NCBI GenBank assembly: GCA_015296075.1
Contig: DVDV01000099.1
Location: forward strand, 26,446 to 90,445
Direction: 5' to 3'
From: Leptolyngbyaceae cyanobacterium M33_DOE_097
GTDB taxonomy: Bacteria; Cyanobacteriota; Cyanobacteriia; Leptolyngbyales; Leptolyngbyaceae
Length of the DNA: 64,000 nt
Shown: piece after piece, positions 47,753 through 57,275 of the stretch
Layout: the number at the start of each line of letters is the position of its first letter
Numbering within the stretch: position 1 is the first letter of the stretch
Notes under the pieces: generated by a model
Seen by the model: the letters and a program-made list of their open reading frames with translations, nothing else
The model's database searches: none
Told to the model about the DNA's origin: nothing
Program-made: the position numbers and the translations under genes

Positions 47753-49555
47753 GTGTCACAGCAAAACGAAAAAGAACTGATTCAACAGATCGCAGCGCTG
47801 CAACAAGAAATTGCTCACTTGCAGCGAGCCAATACTGACCTGCAACTTACGCTAGAAACCGCTGTCGAACATGGTGATGTGATTGAGGCTGAGTTACAAC
47901 AGGTCAATGCACGCTTGAAAACAGAAGTCGCCGAGCGACGGACTGCTCAGTCAACCTTGCAAGCCATTTTAGAAACGGTTAGCCGTGATAAATCTGATCT
48001 TGAAACGATTCTAAATCTCACGGTTGAGCATGGCGATACAGTTGAGTATCACCTTTACAAGCGGGCGGTTGAGGTAATGCGCCACAGTGAGGATTTGTTT
48101 CGCGCGATCGCGGAGTCGAGTCCGGTGGCGATGCTCATCAGCGAGACTCCAGTAGGGGTGATCCGCTATGCCAATGCCGCTGCTGCTGCGCTTTTAGAAG
48201 TGACCGAAAAAGATCTGATTGGGCAGCCATTAAGCACCTTTTACCACAGTCAGACCAGTCTGCAGCAAGTGCAGGCGCAATTAAGTCAGAATGGCTATCT
48301 AGAACAGTTTGAGATTGAAGGTGTAACCGCCAACCAAGAAAAGTTTTGGGCGATCGCCTCCGCCCACACGGTCATGCTGCAAAGCACACCCTCTTGGTTA
48401 ACCACCTTTTATGACATCAGCGATCGCAAGCGTATCGAAGAGGCGTTGCGGCAATCAGAGGCAAAACTGCAAGAGCAGGCCCGTCTCTTAAGAGGCATGG
48501 TCGAGTACCGCGAAGAGCAGTTGCGCCAATCAGAGGAGAAGTACCGCAGCATTTTTGAAAATGCCGTTGAGGGGATCTACCAGACCTCTCCAAACGGACG
48601 GTTTATTAATGCGAATCCGGCTTTAGCTCAGATTTATGGGTATGACTCCCCAGCGGAGTTAATGCGGGCAATTTCCGATTTAAGCAAACAACTCTACGTG
48701 CAACCGAGTCGTCGGGCAGAGTTGACTGTTTTTGTGAACCAGTTTGAGTCGGCTTCTGATATGGAGTCGCAAGTCTATCGCAAGGACGGCAGCACGATTT
48801 GGATCTCTGAAAGTATTCGAGTCGCGAAGGATGAGGCTGGCAACATCCTGTATTACGAAGGAGCCGTACGTGATGTTACCGAACACAAAAAAATGGAGGC
48901 TGAGCTACGTCAGCAACGCCTGACATCTGAACGGCTATTGCTCAATGTTTTGCCCCAAAAAGTTGCAGAACGGCTCAAACGGGGAACTCATAAGATTGCA
49001 GATCATTTCAATAAAGCAACCGTTCTCTTTGCCGACATTGTGAATTTTACGGAGCTAGCCGATACGGTTTCACCCACCGAGCTAGTAGATGTTTTAAATG
49101 AAATTTTCTCTTCGTTCGATTCCCTGGTTGATCGCTACAGCCTAGAAAAGATCAAGACGATTGGTGATGCTTATATGGTCGTGGGTGGTTTACCCCAGCC
49201 AACCCCAATTCATGTTGAGGCGATCGCTGATCTGGCTTTAGGGATGCAACAAGAAATTCGCCGCTTTCGACGACACGACGGGCAACCGTTCGCTCTTCGC
49301 ATTGGCATTCACACAGGTCCAGTAATTGCCGGGGTGATTGGGCTGAGAAAATTTGCCTATGATTTATGGGGAGATACCGTCAACGTCGCTAGCCGGATGG
49401 AAACTCATGGCGAACCTGGCAAGATTCAAGTGACTGAGGCTGTCTATAAACGCTTGAAACAAACCTATGAATTTGAGTCACGCGGCTCAGTCGTTGTCAA
49501 AGGTAAAGGCGAGATGAGTACCTACTGGCTAGTAGGCAAACGTCCCACTTTTTAA
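47753..49555 (+). CDS. Class III adenylate cyclase with two N-terminal HGD repeats and two PAS domains
   Basis: FADIVNFT, EKIKTIGDAYMVVGG (adenine-specifying Lys) and WGDTVNVASRME motifs. GTG start. Confidence 0.9.
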   Translation: MSQQNEKELIQQIAALQQEIAHLQRANTDLQLTLETAVEHGDVIEAELQQVNARLKTEVAERRTAQSTLQAILETVSRDKSDLETILNLTVEHGDTVEYHLYKRAVEVMRHSEDLFRAIAESSPVAMLISETPVGVIRYANAAAAALLEVTEKDLIGQPLSTFYHSQTSLQQVQAQLSQNGYLEQFEIEGVTANQEKFWAIASAHTVMLQSTPSWLTTFYDISDRKRIEEALRQSEAKLQEQARLLRGMVEYREEQLRQSEEKYRSIFENAVEGIYQTSPNGRFINANPALAQIYGYDSPAELMRAISDLSKQLYVQPSRRAELTVFVNQFESASDMESQVYRKDGSTIWISESIRVAKDEAGNILYYEGAVRDVTEHKKMEAELRQQRLTSERLLLNVLPQKVAERLKRGTHKIADHFNKATVLFADIVNFTELADTVSPTELVDVLNEIFSSFDSLVDRYSLEKIKTIGDAYMVVGGLPQPTPIHVEAIADLALGMQQEIRRFRRHDGQPFALRIGIHTGPVIAGVIGLRKFAYDLWGDTVNVASRMETHGEPGKIQVTEAVYKRLKQTYEFESRGSVVVKGKGEMSTYWLVGKRPTF

Positions 49556-49612
49556 GGGGAGCGATTTGAGGTTCGTGATAAACCTTTCTGCTGCTGGAGA
49601 AATAAAGACCCT

Positions 49613-50188
49613 ATGATCCAAACCTTTGGTGAGTTTATTGATCAAATGCCTCATACAGAGGAGTATCTGACTATCAGTTTCTCACCCAGCTCAAATGCTC
49701 GTAACTTACGCTGGAGCAACTATGGATTGTCGGCTGATTTTTTAGGTGATTATTTTGCCACGTTTTTTCCAGGTAGCCCTGAGCAAAAGCCGGAGCTTGA
49801 TAAACAAGACGTTGTAAAGTCTTCAGTCAGCTACATTGCGAATGAGCTATTGGAGAATGCTATTCAGCACAGTGACCTCAATTCGGAAATACCGATTCAT
49901 ATTTCGCTCTATCTGTATAACACTCGCTTAGTTTTTGTTGTTTCTAACGCGGCAACTACTTTGAAAGTTGAAAAATACAAGGAATTTATTCACCAATTAC
50001 TCAGTTCAGACGTTAACGAACTCTACACAACCCAGCTCGAAAAAACGGCTATGGGCCGGGGTGGGTCTCACATGGGACTGCTCACCATGATGAATGACTA
50101 CTCGGCCCGGTTTGGTTGGAAGTTTGAGCCGTTAGCGGCTCATCAAGAAGCTGTAAACGTCACGGTGATGGCACAACTAGATGTTTAA
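49613..50188 (+). CDS. GHKL-like protein, SiaB/RsbW-type switch kinase candidate
   Basis: 191 aa. ANELLENAIQH (N-box-like) and GRGGSHMGLLTMM (G-box-like). Positioned directly upstream of a SiaC-like gene. Confidence 0.6.
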   Translation: MIQTFGEFIDQMPHTEEYLTISFSPSSNARNLRWSNYGLSADFLGDYFATFFPGSPEQKPELDKQDVVKSSVSYIANELLENAIQHSDLNSEIPIHISLYLYNTRLVFVVSNAATTLKVEKYKEFIHQLLSSDVNELYTTQLEKTAMGRGGSHMGLLTMMNDYSARFGWKFEPLAAHQEAVNVTVMAQLDV

Positions 50189-50284
50189 AGAGTGACGATG
50201 GTATCCTGACGAAGATGTGCAACCAACCATAAAGCCCTTGCTTTAGTAAAAGCTTGTTAATTTTGATAGAGGAATCACTACTAG

Positions 50285-50626
50285 ATGGAGATCAAGACAA
50301 AAGATTACAGTGTCTGGTATGAACCTAATGAAGCGACGGTTTTCTTCAAAGGTTTTTTGCGTCTTGACGGCATGGAAGCTTACCAGCCAATCATCAATCT
50401 CTTAAATTCAGCTTCAGATGGTAGTGATGCTGTGACCCTTGATTTACAAGAGCTAGAGTTTTTAAATAGCTCTGGGATCAGTATGTTGTCGATGTTTGTG
50501 GTGGCGCTTCGCAACAAGGGTAGTGTCAATTTGATTCTAAAAGGGTCAAATAAGGTTTTGTGGCAAACCAAATCTTTGAGAAACTTGCAACGACTCATGC
50601 CAAGCATTGTCTTGGAATTGTGTTAA
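50285..50626 (+). CDS. SiaC/DUF1987-like (STAS-like) small regulatory protein
   Basis: 113 aa. TVFFKGFLRLDG..AYQPIINLL...VTLDLQELEFLNSSGISML pattern recalled for DUF1987/SiaC. Confidence 0.6.
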   Translation: MEIKTKDYSVWYEPNEATVFFKGFLRLDGMEAYQPIINLLNSASDGSDAVTLDLQELEFLNSSGISMLSMFVVALRNKGSVNLILKGSNKVLWQTKSLRNLQRLMPSIVLELC

Positions 50627-50630
50627 ACCC

Positions 50631-51656
50631 GTGGGCATAAACGTGGAACAGCTAAAGTACGCTAAAGAACAACTCATTACTGAGATTGAGTTGCTGCGTC
50701 GGCAAGTTGAACGACTAGAGCAAGAAAACCATGACTTACAAATTGCTTTAGAGACAACAGCGATTCATGGTGATTTAGTCGAATCAGAGTTGTATACCGT
50801 TAATCAAAAACTACAATCGGCGATCGCAAGCTATCAACAAAAGCAGACGATTCTTGAGTCTGTTTTGGAAAGTGTGGCGCAACAAAAGACCGATTTAGAA
50901 ATTATTTTGCATACCATGACTGAGCATGGCGACTCGGTTGAAACAGAGCTTTTTAACTTGAATCAGCGGCTTGAAGCAGAGATGCTTGAGCGCAAGAAAA
51001 CAGAAAATAAGTTGCACTCTCTAGTGAGAATTATTTCTAAAGAAAAAGATGATTTAGAAAAGATTATGCGGACGATCATTGAGCATGGAGATGCGATCGA
51101 AACGCAGTGGTATGGCAAGTTATTAGAAGCCGATCAGCTAGCTTTAATTGATGGCTTAACCCAGGTCGCCAATCGGCGTCACTTAGACAACTACCTCGCC
51201 TCTGAATGGCGACGGTTGACGCGTGAACAGCAGCCATTAGCGCTGATCTTGTGCGATGTTGATAATTTCAAGCTCTACAACGATACCTATGGCCACCAGT
51301 TGGGTGATGACTGCTTAAAACAGGTCGCTCGCGCGATCGCTTGCTCCGTCAATCGTCCGTCTGATCTGGTCGCCCGCTATGGTGGGGAAGAGTTTGCGGT
51401 CATCTTGCCCAATACCCCAATTGAAGGGGCGGTGTGTGTGGCTGAGCGCATTCGAGCCGCAATTGAGGCGTTACAAATCCTGCACGAGCGATCGCCTGTG
51501 CGCCCTCACGTCACCCTCAGTTTAGGCGTGGCAGCTTTGGTTCCTGCTGAAGCGCTGTCGCTCAAACAATTGATTGCGTTGGCTGATGATGCCCTCTACG
51601 AGGCAAAGCAAGCAGGTAAAAATCACATTCAGGTGGCGATCTCAGATGCCAACTAA
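50631..51656 (+). CDS. Diguanylate cyclase (GGDEF) with three N-terminal HGD repeats
   Basis: DGLTQVANRRHLD, RYGGEEFAV (GGEEF), and RPSD I-site 5 residues upstream. The track opens at TTG 50607; GTG 50631 lies 4 nt after the upstream stop. Confidence 0.9.
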   Translation: MGINVEQLKYAKEQLITEIELLRRQVERLEQENHDLQIALETTAIHGDLVESELYTVNQKLQSAIASYQQKQTILESVLESVAQQKTDLEIILHTMTEHGDSVETELFNLNQRLEAEMLERKKTENKLHSLVRIISKEKDDLEKIMRTIIEHGDAIETQWYGKLLEADQLALIDGLTQVANRRHLDNYLASEWRRLTREQQPLALILCDVDNFKLYNDTYGHQLGDDCLKQVARAIACSVNRPSDLVARYGGEEFAVILPNTPIEGAVCVAERIRAAIEALQILHERSPVRPHVTLSLGVAALVPAEALSLKQLIALADDALYEAKQAGKNHIQVAISDAN

Positions 51657-51811
51657 GCACCCTGGCACTTTATCCTCAACCCCCAAGACTAAGTTTAGCC
51701 ACGCGACTGCGGTGCAATCAGCACAGATGAATTGGCTGGGTGTTAAGGGTAAACCCAGCAGAATGCCATCTTTTTGAGAAACTAATGATTGGCAGCTTTT
51801 TTTAACAGTTA

Positions 51812-53113
51812 ATGAATATTGCCTACGAGTTACTTTTCATTTTCTTATTGATTCTTGTTAACGCCTTTTTTGCAGCCACTGAGATTGCGCTGGTGTCAGC
51901 GAGTGATGTGCGCATGAAGTTGCTGGCAGAGGAGGGGAATCGGCGTGCCTTGCTGGTACTGAATACCACCCAAAACGGTACGCGCTTTTTAGCCACAATT
52001 CAGGTGGGCATTACGCTTGCTGCGTTTTTTACCTCTGCGTTAGCGGCCACAAACCTGTCAGAGCCATTGGCAAACTGGATGCAGCCTCAGTTGGGTGGGG
52101 CGGCAAGTGTGATCGCGTTTATTCTCGTAACCAGCGTCATTTCCTTTATTAGTCTCGTGCTGGGTGAGTTAGTGCCAAAGCGATTGGCGATTCGGCACGC
52201 TGAAGACTGGGCCCTGGCATCGGTTCAGGTGATTCGCTGGCTTGGTATTTTAACGGCTCCCATCGTCAAATTGCTGAGCTTCTGCACTGATAGTGTATTG
52301 CGTTTGCTGGGCACCTCAACTGAAGAAGTTGAAGAGCGGGTTAGCTCAGAAGAAATTATGGCAATGGTCGATGCCAGTATGGCGGGTGGGGTTGTTGGAG
52401 AGCAAGAGCGGCGAATTATTCATCGAGCTGTCGAAATCAGGCATATCCCGGCGCGAGCGATTATGGTGCCCCGGGTGCAGATCCAATATCTGAAAATCAC
52501 GACCACGCTAGAAGAGGCTTACAAAGTGGTGGCGGAAAATGCCCATACGCGTCTCCCGGTCTGTGATGGCGATCTGGATAATATTGTGGGCGTGCTACAT
52601 GTAAAAGACCTGATCCGTCCGATGCCAGATCTGATGGAGCAACCCCCCAGCTTGCGTGAGCTGCTGCGCCCGGTGCGTTATGTGCCCGAAGGCAAGTTGG
52701 TGGCTGAAATGTTGGAGGAGATGAAGCGCGATCGCCTCCACATGCTGATTGTGCGCGATGAATTTGGCGGGACGGCTGGCTTAGTCACGCTGGAAGATGT
52801 GCTGGAGGAACTTGTCGGTGAAATTCGAGATGAGTACGACTTAGAAGAAGAACGGGAATTTCGCCGTATTAGTGACCACGAAGGTATTTTCAAGATTCGA
52901 GCGAGCCTTGCAGCGGTTAACAACGAACTCGATCTGGAGTTACCGCGCGACGAGGCAGCAACCTTAGCGGGCTTGTTCCTGGAGGAGCTACACCGTCCGC
53001 CTGAAGTGGGCGATCGCCTGCAAATTGATAATGTTCTGCTAGAAGTACTCGAAGATGGACAGCGGGTACGAGTTAGCCTCGCACCCCCGCCTGAAACAGA
53101 AGCCGATGCTTAA
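51812..53113 (+). CDS. Hemolysin-family protein (DUF21/CNNM TM domain, CBS pair, CorC_HlyC)
   Basis: N-terminal 4-TM DUF21 region (NAFFAATEIALVS), CBS pair, and C-terminal transporter-associated domain. Confidence 0.9.
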   Translation: MNIAYELLFIFLLILVNAFFAATEIALVSASDVRMKLLAEEGNRRALLVLNTTQNGTRFLATIQVGITLAAFFTSALAATNLSEPLANWMQPQLGGAASVIAFILVTSVISFISLVLGELVPKRLAIRHAEDWALASVQVIRWLGILTAPIVKLLSFCTDSVLRLLGTSTEEVEERVSSEEIMAMVDASMAGGVVGEQERRIIHRAVEIRHIPARAIMVPRVQIQYLKITTTLEEAYKVVAENAHTRLPVCDGDLDNIVGVLHVKDLIRPMPDLMEQPPSLRELLRPVRYVPEGKLVAEMLEEMKRDRLHMLIVRDEFGGTAGLVTLEDVLEELVGEIRDEYDLEEEREFRRISDHEGIFKIRASLAAVNNELDLELPRDEAATLAGLFLEELHRPPEVGDRLQIDNVLLEVLEDGQRVRVSLAPPPETEADA

Positions 53114-53394
53114 ACTTCAACCTTGACGCCACGCCAGAAAGCAACGTGATCCTTAATTTGCTTGGCAGCGTCCTTGGGTTCAGGGTAGTACCAGGCTGCA
53201 TCTGCATTTTGCTGACCATCTACCTCAATTGTGTAGTAGCTGGCAACCCCTTTCCAGGGACAGGTTGTGTGGGTACTGCTAGGCTTGAAATATTCCTTGT
53301 TAATCGAGTCGGGTGGAAAGTACTGGTTGCCCTCCACCACTTCACAATTATCGCTTTCGGCTAAAACTGCGCCATTCCAAATCGCTTTGGGCAT
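53110..53394 (-). CDS. DUF427-domain protein
   Basis: 94 aa. AIWNGAVLAESD...VEGNQYFP...TCPWKGVASYY...AAWYYPEP...VAFW pattern of DUF427. Confidence 0.85.
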   Translation of the reverse strand: MPKAIWNGAVLAESDNCEVVEGNQYFPPDSINKEYFKPSSTHTTCPWKGVASYYTIEVDGQQNADAAWYYPEPKDAAKQIKDHVAFWRGVKVEV

Positions 53395-53423
53395 TGTTGG
53401 ATACCTGTAAACTCCACCTCAGC

Positions 53424-53969
53424 CTACCGCAACCCATCTAGAACGGCTAGTAACTGATCAACACTGGCATTGTGGTCAAAGAAAGAAAAAAGATGTTTGT
53501 AGTGCAAGCGGCCTTGCTGATCAATCACAAACTGAGCCGGGAGAGGTGCCCCTAACGCTTGCCCCGTCTGATACAGCCGAAACACCTGGCAACTGGGGTC
53601 ACTCAGCAATGGCATGTTTAACCCTAGATCCCGCGCTACAAACTGACTTTGTTGAGAGTCGGTACTGGTAATCATTAACAGAGGAATTTTGCGATCGCTA
53701 AACTCGCTGTAGTTTTCGTTGAGCGCCTTGATGTGGGGGTAGCAAAAGGGACAGTACTGCTTCTCGGTAAAGATGCGCGTAAATGCTAGCACAATCGGCG
53801 TTTTACCCCGGTAGCTAGAGAGCTTGAGCATTCCCCCGTTCTTGATATCGGGCAACACAAAATCTGGAGCGATCGCACCTTTTTGCAGATTGTTTGTCGC
53901 CGGAATTGGGAAGAAGTTATTGAAAAACCGTTGGTTAAATAATCCGCTGAAATCCGTAGAGGTGACCAT
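53424..53969 (-). CDS. Peroxiredoxin-like (AhpC/TSA/redoxin family) thioredoxin-fold protein
   Basis: APDFVLPD...LSSYRGKTPIVLAF...CPFC motif arrangement. Confidence 0.8.
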   Translation of the reverse strand: MVTSTDFSGLFNQRFFNNFFPIPATNNLQKGAIAPDFVLPDIKNGGMLKLSSYRGKTPIVLAFTRIFTEKQYCPFCYPHIKALNENYSEFSDRKIPLLMITSTDSQQSQFVARDLGLNMPLLSDPSCQVFRLYQTGQALGAPLPAQFVIDQQGRLHYKHLFSFFDHNASVDQLLAVLDGLR

Positions 53970-54161
53970 ACCAGAACGTTGTTAGACGCAATGCAACACT
54001 TCAAACCTAGCACTGTAAAAGGGTTTAGGCTAGGAATTGGAGGCGTTGGGGAGAGGGGAGATCGCGCAGGTAAAATCCACGCAGCCAAACCAGCGGCGCT
54101 AGGAAGAACCTACGCAGGATCGATGGTATTAACCTTTCAGGCAATAGTGACTGGCTCTAAC

Positions 54162-54947
54162 CTACTGGCAGTTCTTCATAATTGGCACATCGGCAACCTT
54201 ACTAAGATTGACGTTGGTATCACTCATCAGCGTTTTCCAGGCTTTGCGGGTCGCTTCGGGTTCGACACACGACTGGTCTGCGAGAGTTGTGATCGCGTCA
54301 AACCAGAGACCGTTTTCGGAGTAGAGGGTTGTCCTTTGGGTTGGGTTCGCGTTAGTCAGGCTTTTATCTAGCGCTGCATCAGCGGCGACCCGCTCAACAC
54401 CACCCTCAACTTTGAGACTGCCCGGTTTTACCCCAGGGCAAAGAACTTCGACCGACCAACGGTAAACCTTGCCCACTTCTAAGGAAGGCACATTGGCATC
54501 GGCAGGTAAGGCGAGACTATAGATTCCAGGTTTGCTGGGTTGCCCTGCGGCTCGTGCCAGTTGAAATCGGCTCTGATAAAGAACAGCTTCCGGCGCTTCG
54601 GTTTCCCCGCTGTAGAGCGTGAACTCAACTGTACCTGTACGGGTTCCCGGTAAGTACCAGAAGAAGCGTGGGTGGGCCGATAAGGTTTGCCCTGCCCCAA
54701 CTTTGCCAGCTTCCTTAAAGTCTGGAACGAGCGCGATCGGCGAACGGGGAGAACCACTGGCTGCCACTAAACAGCGATCGCGGGTGCCACCTCCTTCTCG
54801 ACGACCCGGCACACCTCGCTTAGGGGGCTTAAACCCGGCAAATGCAATTAGTGGGGTTGTGGCGATCGCCAGCACTAGCCCTAGAGATAAGCCACGAAAC
54901 AAAAGGTTAGAAGGTTTCTTCAACATGCTTTGCAGCCTCATCCTCAC
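54162..54947 (-). CDS. DUF928-domain secreted protein
   Basis: Signal peptide, then FKPPKRGVPGRREGGGTRDRC and later VGKVYRWSVEVLC, as recalled for DUF928. Confidence 0.7.
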   Translation of the reverse strand: MRMRLQSMLKKPSNLLFRGLSLGLVLAIATTPLIAFAGFKPPKRGVPGRREGGGTRDRCLVAASGSPRSPIALVPDFKEAGKVGAGQTLSAHPRFFWYLPGTRTGTVEFTLYSGETEAPEAVLYQSRFQLARAAGQPSKPGIYSLALPADANVPSLEVGKVYRWSVEVLCPGVKPGSLKVEGGVERVAADAALDKSLTNANPTQRTTLYSENGLWFDAITTLADQSCVEPEATRKAWKTLMSDTNVNLSKVADVPIMKNCQ

Positions 54948-55316
54948 TGCACCAACGATTTAAACAGATTTTATCGAGTTAAATTTGCGCTACTTAATTC
55001 TCAGAACCTTAGCCCCATCATCTTAGCCAGCTTTAGATGGTTCTTTATTTCATTTTTAGTAATCGCGTAGCAAAAGTGAGAAAATTTTGCCAGTTTTGGG
55101 ATTTATGGATTTGTTTGCTTGCCATGTCAGGTAAATGCACAAAATTCCGTTTCTTTTCCGGATTTTGGCTGCTCTGCTGTTGTACATAAATAGCGGCATC
55201 TTGATCAGCCACACTCAGGCATGAATCTAAGAACAAAAGAGTTCTCAACAGCCTGGGTTAGTCAATAATGAAAGGCGACATTTTTAATATCATCAGAGTC
55301 TGGCAGGTTGAAAGGC

Positions 55317-57194
55317 ATGCAGCGAAAGCCAAAAATTATCCGGTGGGGAGCTTGCGTCACAGGTTTAGTCGAGCTAGGCGTAATAGGCATACCGACGTTA
55401 GCCACGGCTGAAAGTTCCTTGCCAGAGCGGCAACTTGCGACAGCCGTTGAGGTTGCTCAAAAGGCGGATCCAAATCGCGATCGCCTGATTCAGCCCGTTC
55501 AACCTCGTCCCTTACCACCAGAGTCAACTCAACCCATCTTTTCAGAACCGACTCCGATTCCGACGCCTGACGCGTCGCCAGCCGCACCGAGTCCAGAACC
55601 TGCCGCGCCTGAACCCACTCCCGCAGCTTCACCTGCCGAACCAGCACCGACTCCGGCTGAGCCGACTCCCGATGGGCCAATTTCTACCCCGGCTCCGGCA
55701 GGGCCAACCATTCCCGTCAAAAAAATTGAGGTTCTGGGCAGCACCGTCCTAAAACCGACGGATCTGGAACCTATCACGCAACCGTTAGAAGGCCGCAACG
55801 TCACCTTAGAGGAGTTGCAGCAAGCTACCGACGCGATTACACAGCTTTACCTGAATCGGGGATTTATTACTTCACGGGCGGTTTTGACCGATCAAACGGT
55901 CACAGATGGTGTGGTGAAAATTCAGGTGATTGAGGGGGCGATCGAGCAGATTGAGATCGAAGGAAATAAACGGCTCAACTCTAGCTATGTTCGCCGCCGT
56001 ATCGAGTTAGGTACAGGCACGCCGCTCAATCGAGATAAGCTCGAAGACCAGTTGCGCTTGCTGAAGGCCGATCCGCTTTTGAGTAATGTCGAAGCCAGCT
56101 TGCGCCCCGGCACTGAACTAGGTAAAAGCATTTTGGTGGTGCGGGTGAGTGAAGCCCCATCGCTGATTGGTTTTGCCGGGGTTGATAACTTTTCACCGCC
56201 GAGTGTTGGGTCGGTGCGGCTGGGTTTGGGTTTGGGGTATCGCAATCTGACTGGGTTGGGCGATGAAATCTTTGCGTCGTACTATCGCACGACCCGCGGT
56301 GGGGCGGATTCGTTTGATTTTGCCTATCGTATTCCGGTCAACCCAATGAATGGTACGTTGCAGGTGCGGGTTGCGCCCAGCCGCAATGAAATTGTTGATG
56401 ATGAATTTAATCTTGATATCAGTGGTGAAACCGAACTATATGAAGTTAGCTTCCGACAACCGCTGATCCGCACACCACGAGAAGAATTTGCGCTCTCGGC
56501 TGGGTTGACATTTCAAGATGGGCAAACCCTGCTATTCCAGCAGGGCTTCCCCTTTGGCATTGGGCCTGATGCCGATGGCAACAGCAAAACGCGTGTGCTT
56601 AAGTTTGGGCAAGATTACATTAAGCGTGACCCCAATGGGGCTTGGGCTTTGCGATCGCAGTTTAGTTTTGGTCTCGATATCCTCGATGCCACCACCAATG
56701 ATGCCCCCATCCCCGATGGCGAGTTTTTTGCCTGGTTAGGACAAGTGCAGCGGGTGCAACGCCTGGGCGACAACCATTTGTTGATTGCTCAATTTGATGT
56801 GCAACTGACCCCCAATAGTTTGTTGCCCTCGCAGCAGTTTGTGATTGGGGGTGGGCAATCGTTGCGCGGCTTCCGACAAAATGCGCGATCGGGCGATAAC
56901 GGGTTTCGCTTTTCCCTCGAAGACCGAATTGCCCTGATTCGCGATGAGGCGGGTATCCCAATCTTTCAGGTTGCCCCCTTTGTTGATTTTGGCTCTGTCT
57001 GGAATGTCGCTGATAATCCCAACCCGTTGCCGAGTCAGCGGTTCCTTGCAGGTGCAGGCGTTGGCTTGCTCTGGCAACCGCTGCCAAAACTCAACATGCG
57101 GGTAGATTTTACCGTTCCGCTGATTGACCTCGACGATCGCGGCAACGATGCCCAAGACGAAGGCATCTACTTCAGCGTTTACTACACGTTTTGA
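55317..57194 (+). CDS. ShlB/FhaC/HecB-family outer-membrane transporter (POTRA plus beta-barrel)
   Basis: Signal peptide, Pro/Ala/Thr-rich linker, POTRA (IKKIEVLGSTVL..., IEIEGNKRLNSSYV), and a C-terminal barrel ending in YFSVYYTF. TTG 55308 is an alternative start. Confidence 0.85.
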   Translation: MQRKPKIIRWGACVTGLVELGVIGIPTLATAESSLPERQLATAVEVAQKADPNRDRLIQPVQPRPLPPESTQPIFSEPTPIPTPDASPAAPSPEPAAPEPTPAASPAEPAPTPAEPTPDGPISTPAPAGPTIPVKKIEVLGSTVLKPTDLEPITQPLEGRNVTLEELQQATDAITQLYLNRGFITSRAVLTDQTVTDGVVKIQVIEGAIEQIEIEGNKRLNSSYVRRRIELGTGTPLNRDKLEDQLRLLKADPLLSNVEASLRPGTELGKSILVVRVSEAPSLIGFAGVDNFSPPSVGSVRLGLGLGYRNLTGLGDEIFASYYRTTRGGADSFDFAYRIPVNPMNGTLQVRVAPSRNEIVDDEFNLDISGETELYEVSFRQPLIRTPREEFALSAGLTFQDGQTLLFQQGFPFGIGPDADGNSKTRVLKFGQDYIKRDPNGAWALRSQFSFGLDILDATTNDAPIPDGEFFAWLGQVQRVQRLGDNHLLIAQFDVQLTPNSLLPSQQFVIGGGQSLRGFRQNARSGDNGFRFSLEDRIALIRDEAGIPIFQVAPFVDFGSVWNVADNPNPLPSQRFLAGAGVGLLWQPLPKLNMRVDFTVPLIDLDDRGNDAQDEGIYFSVYYTF

Positions 57195-57275
57195 TGCAAT
57201 CATGAACGGTTTGATAGCCATCTCACGATTTTGTGAATACTCATGAAGTAACTCAAATCGTAGGCTTTCATCCTT

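Noticed and set aside
53110-53113. Convergent genes sharing stop-codon nucleotides: TTAA at 53110-53113 for the hemolysin-family and DUF427 genes, and a similar overlap at 37262-37265 for the MATE and WecB-family genes.
   Set aside because: This is a common by-product of compact genomes. There is no evidence of regulatory significance.
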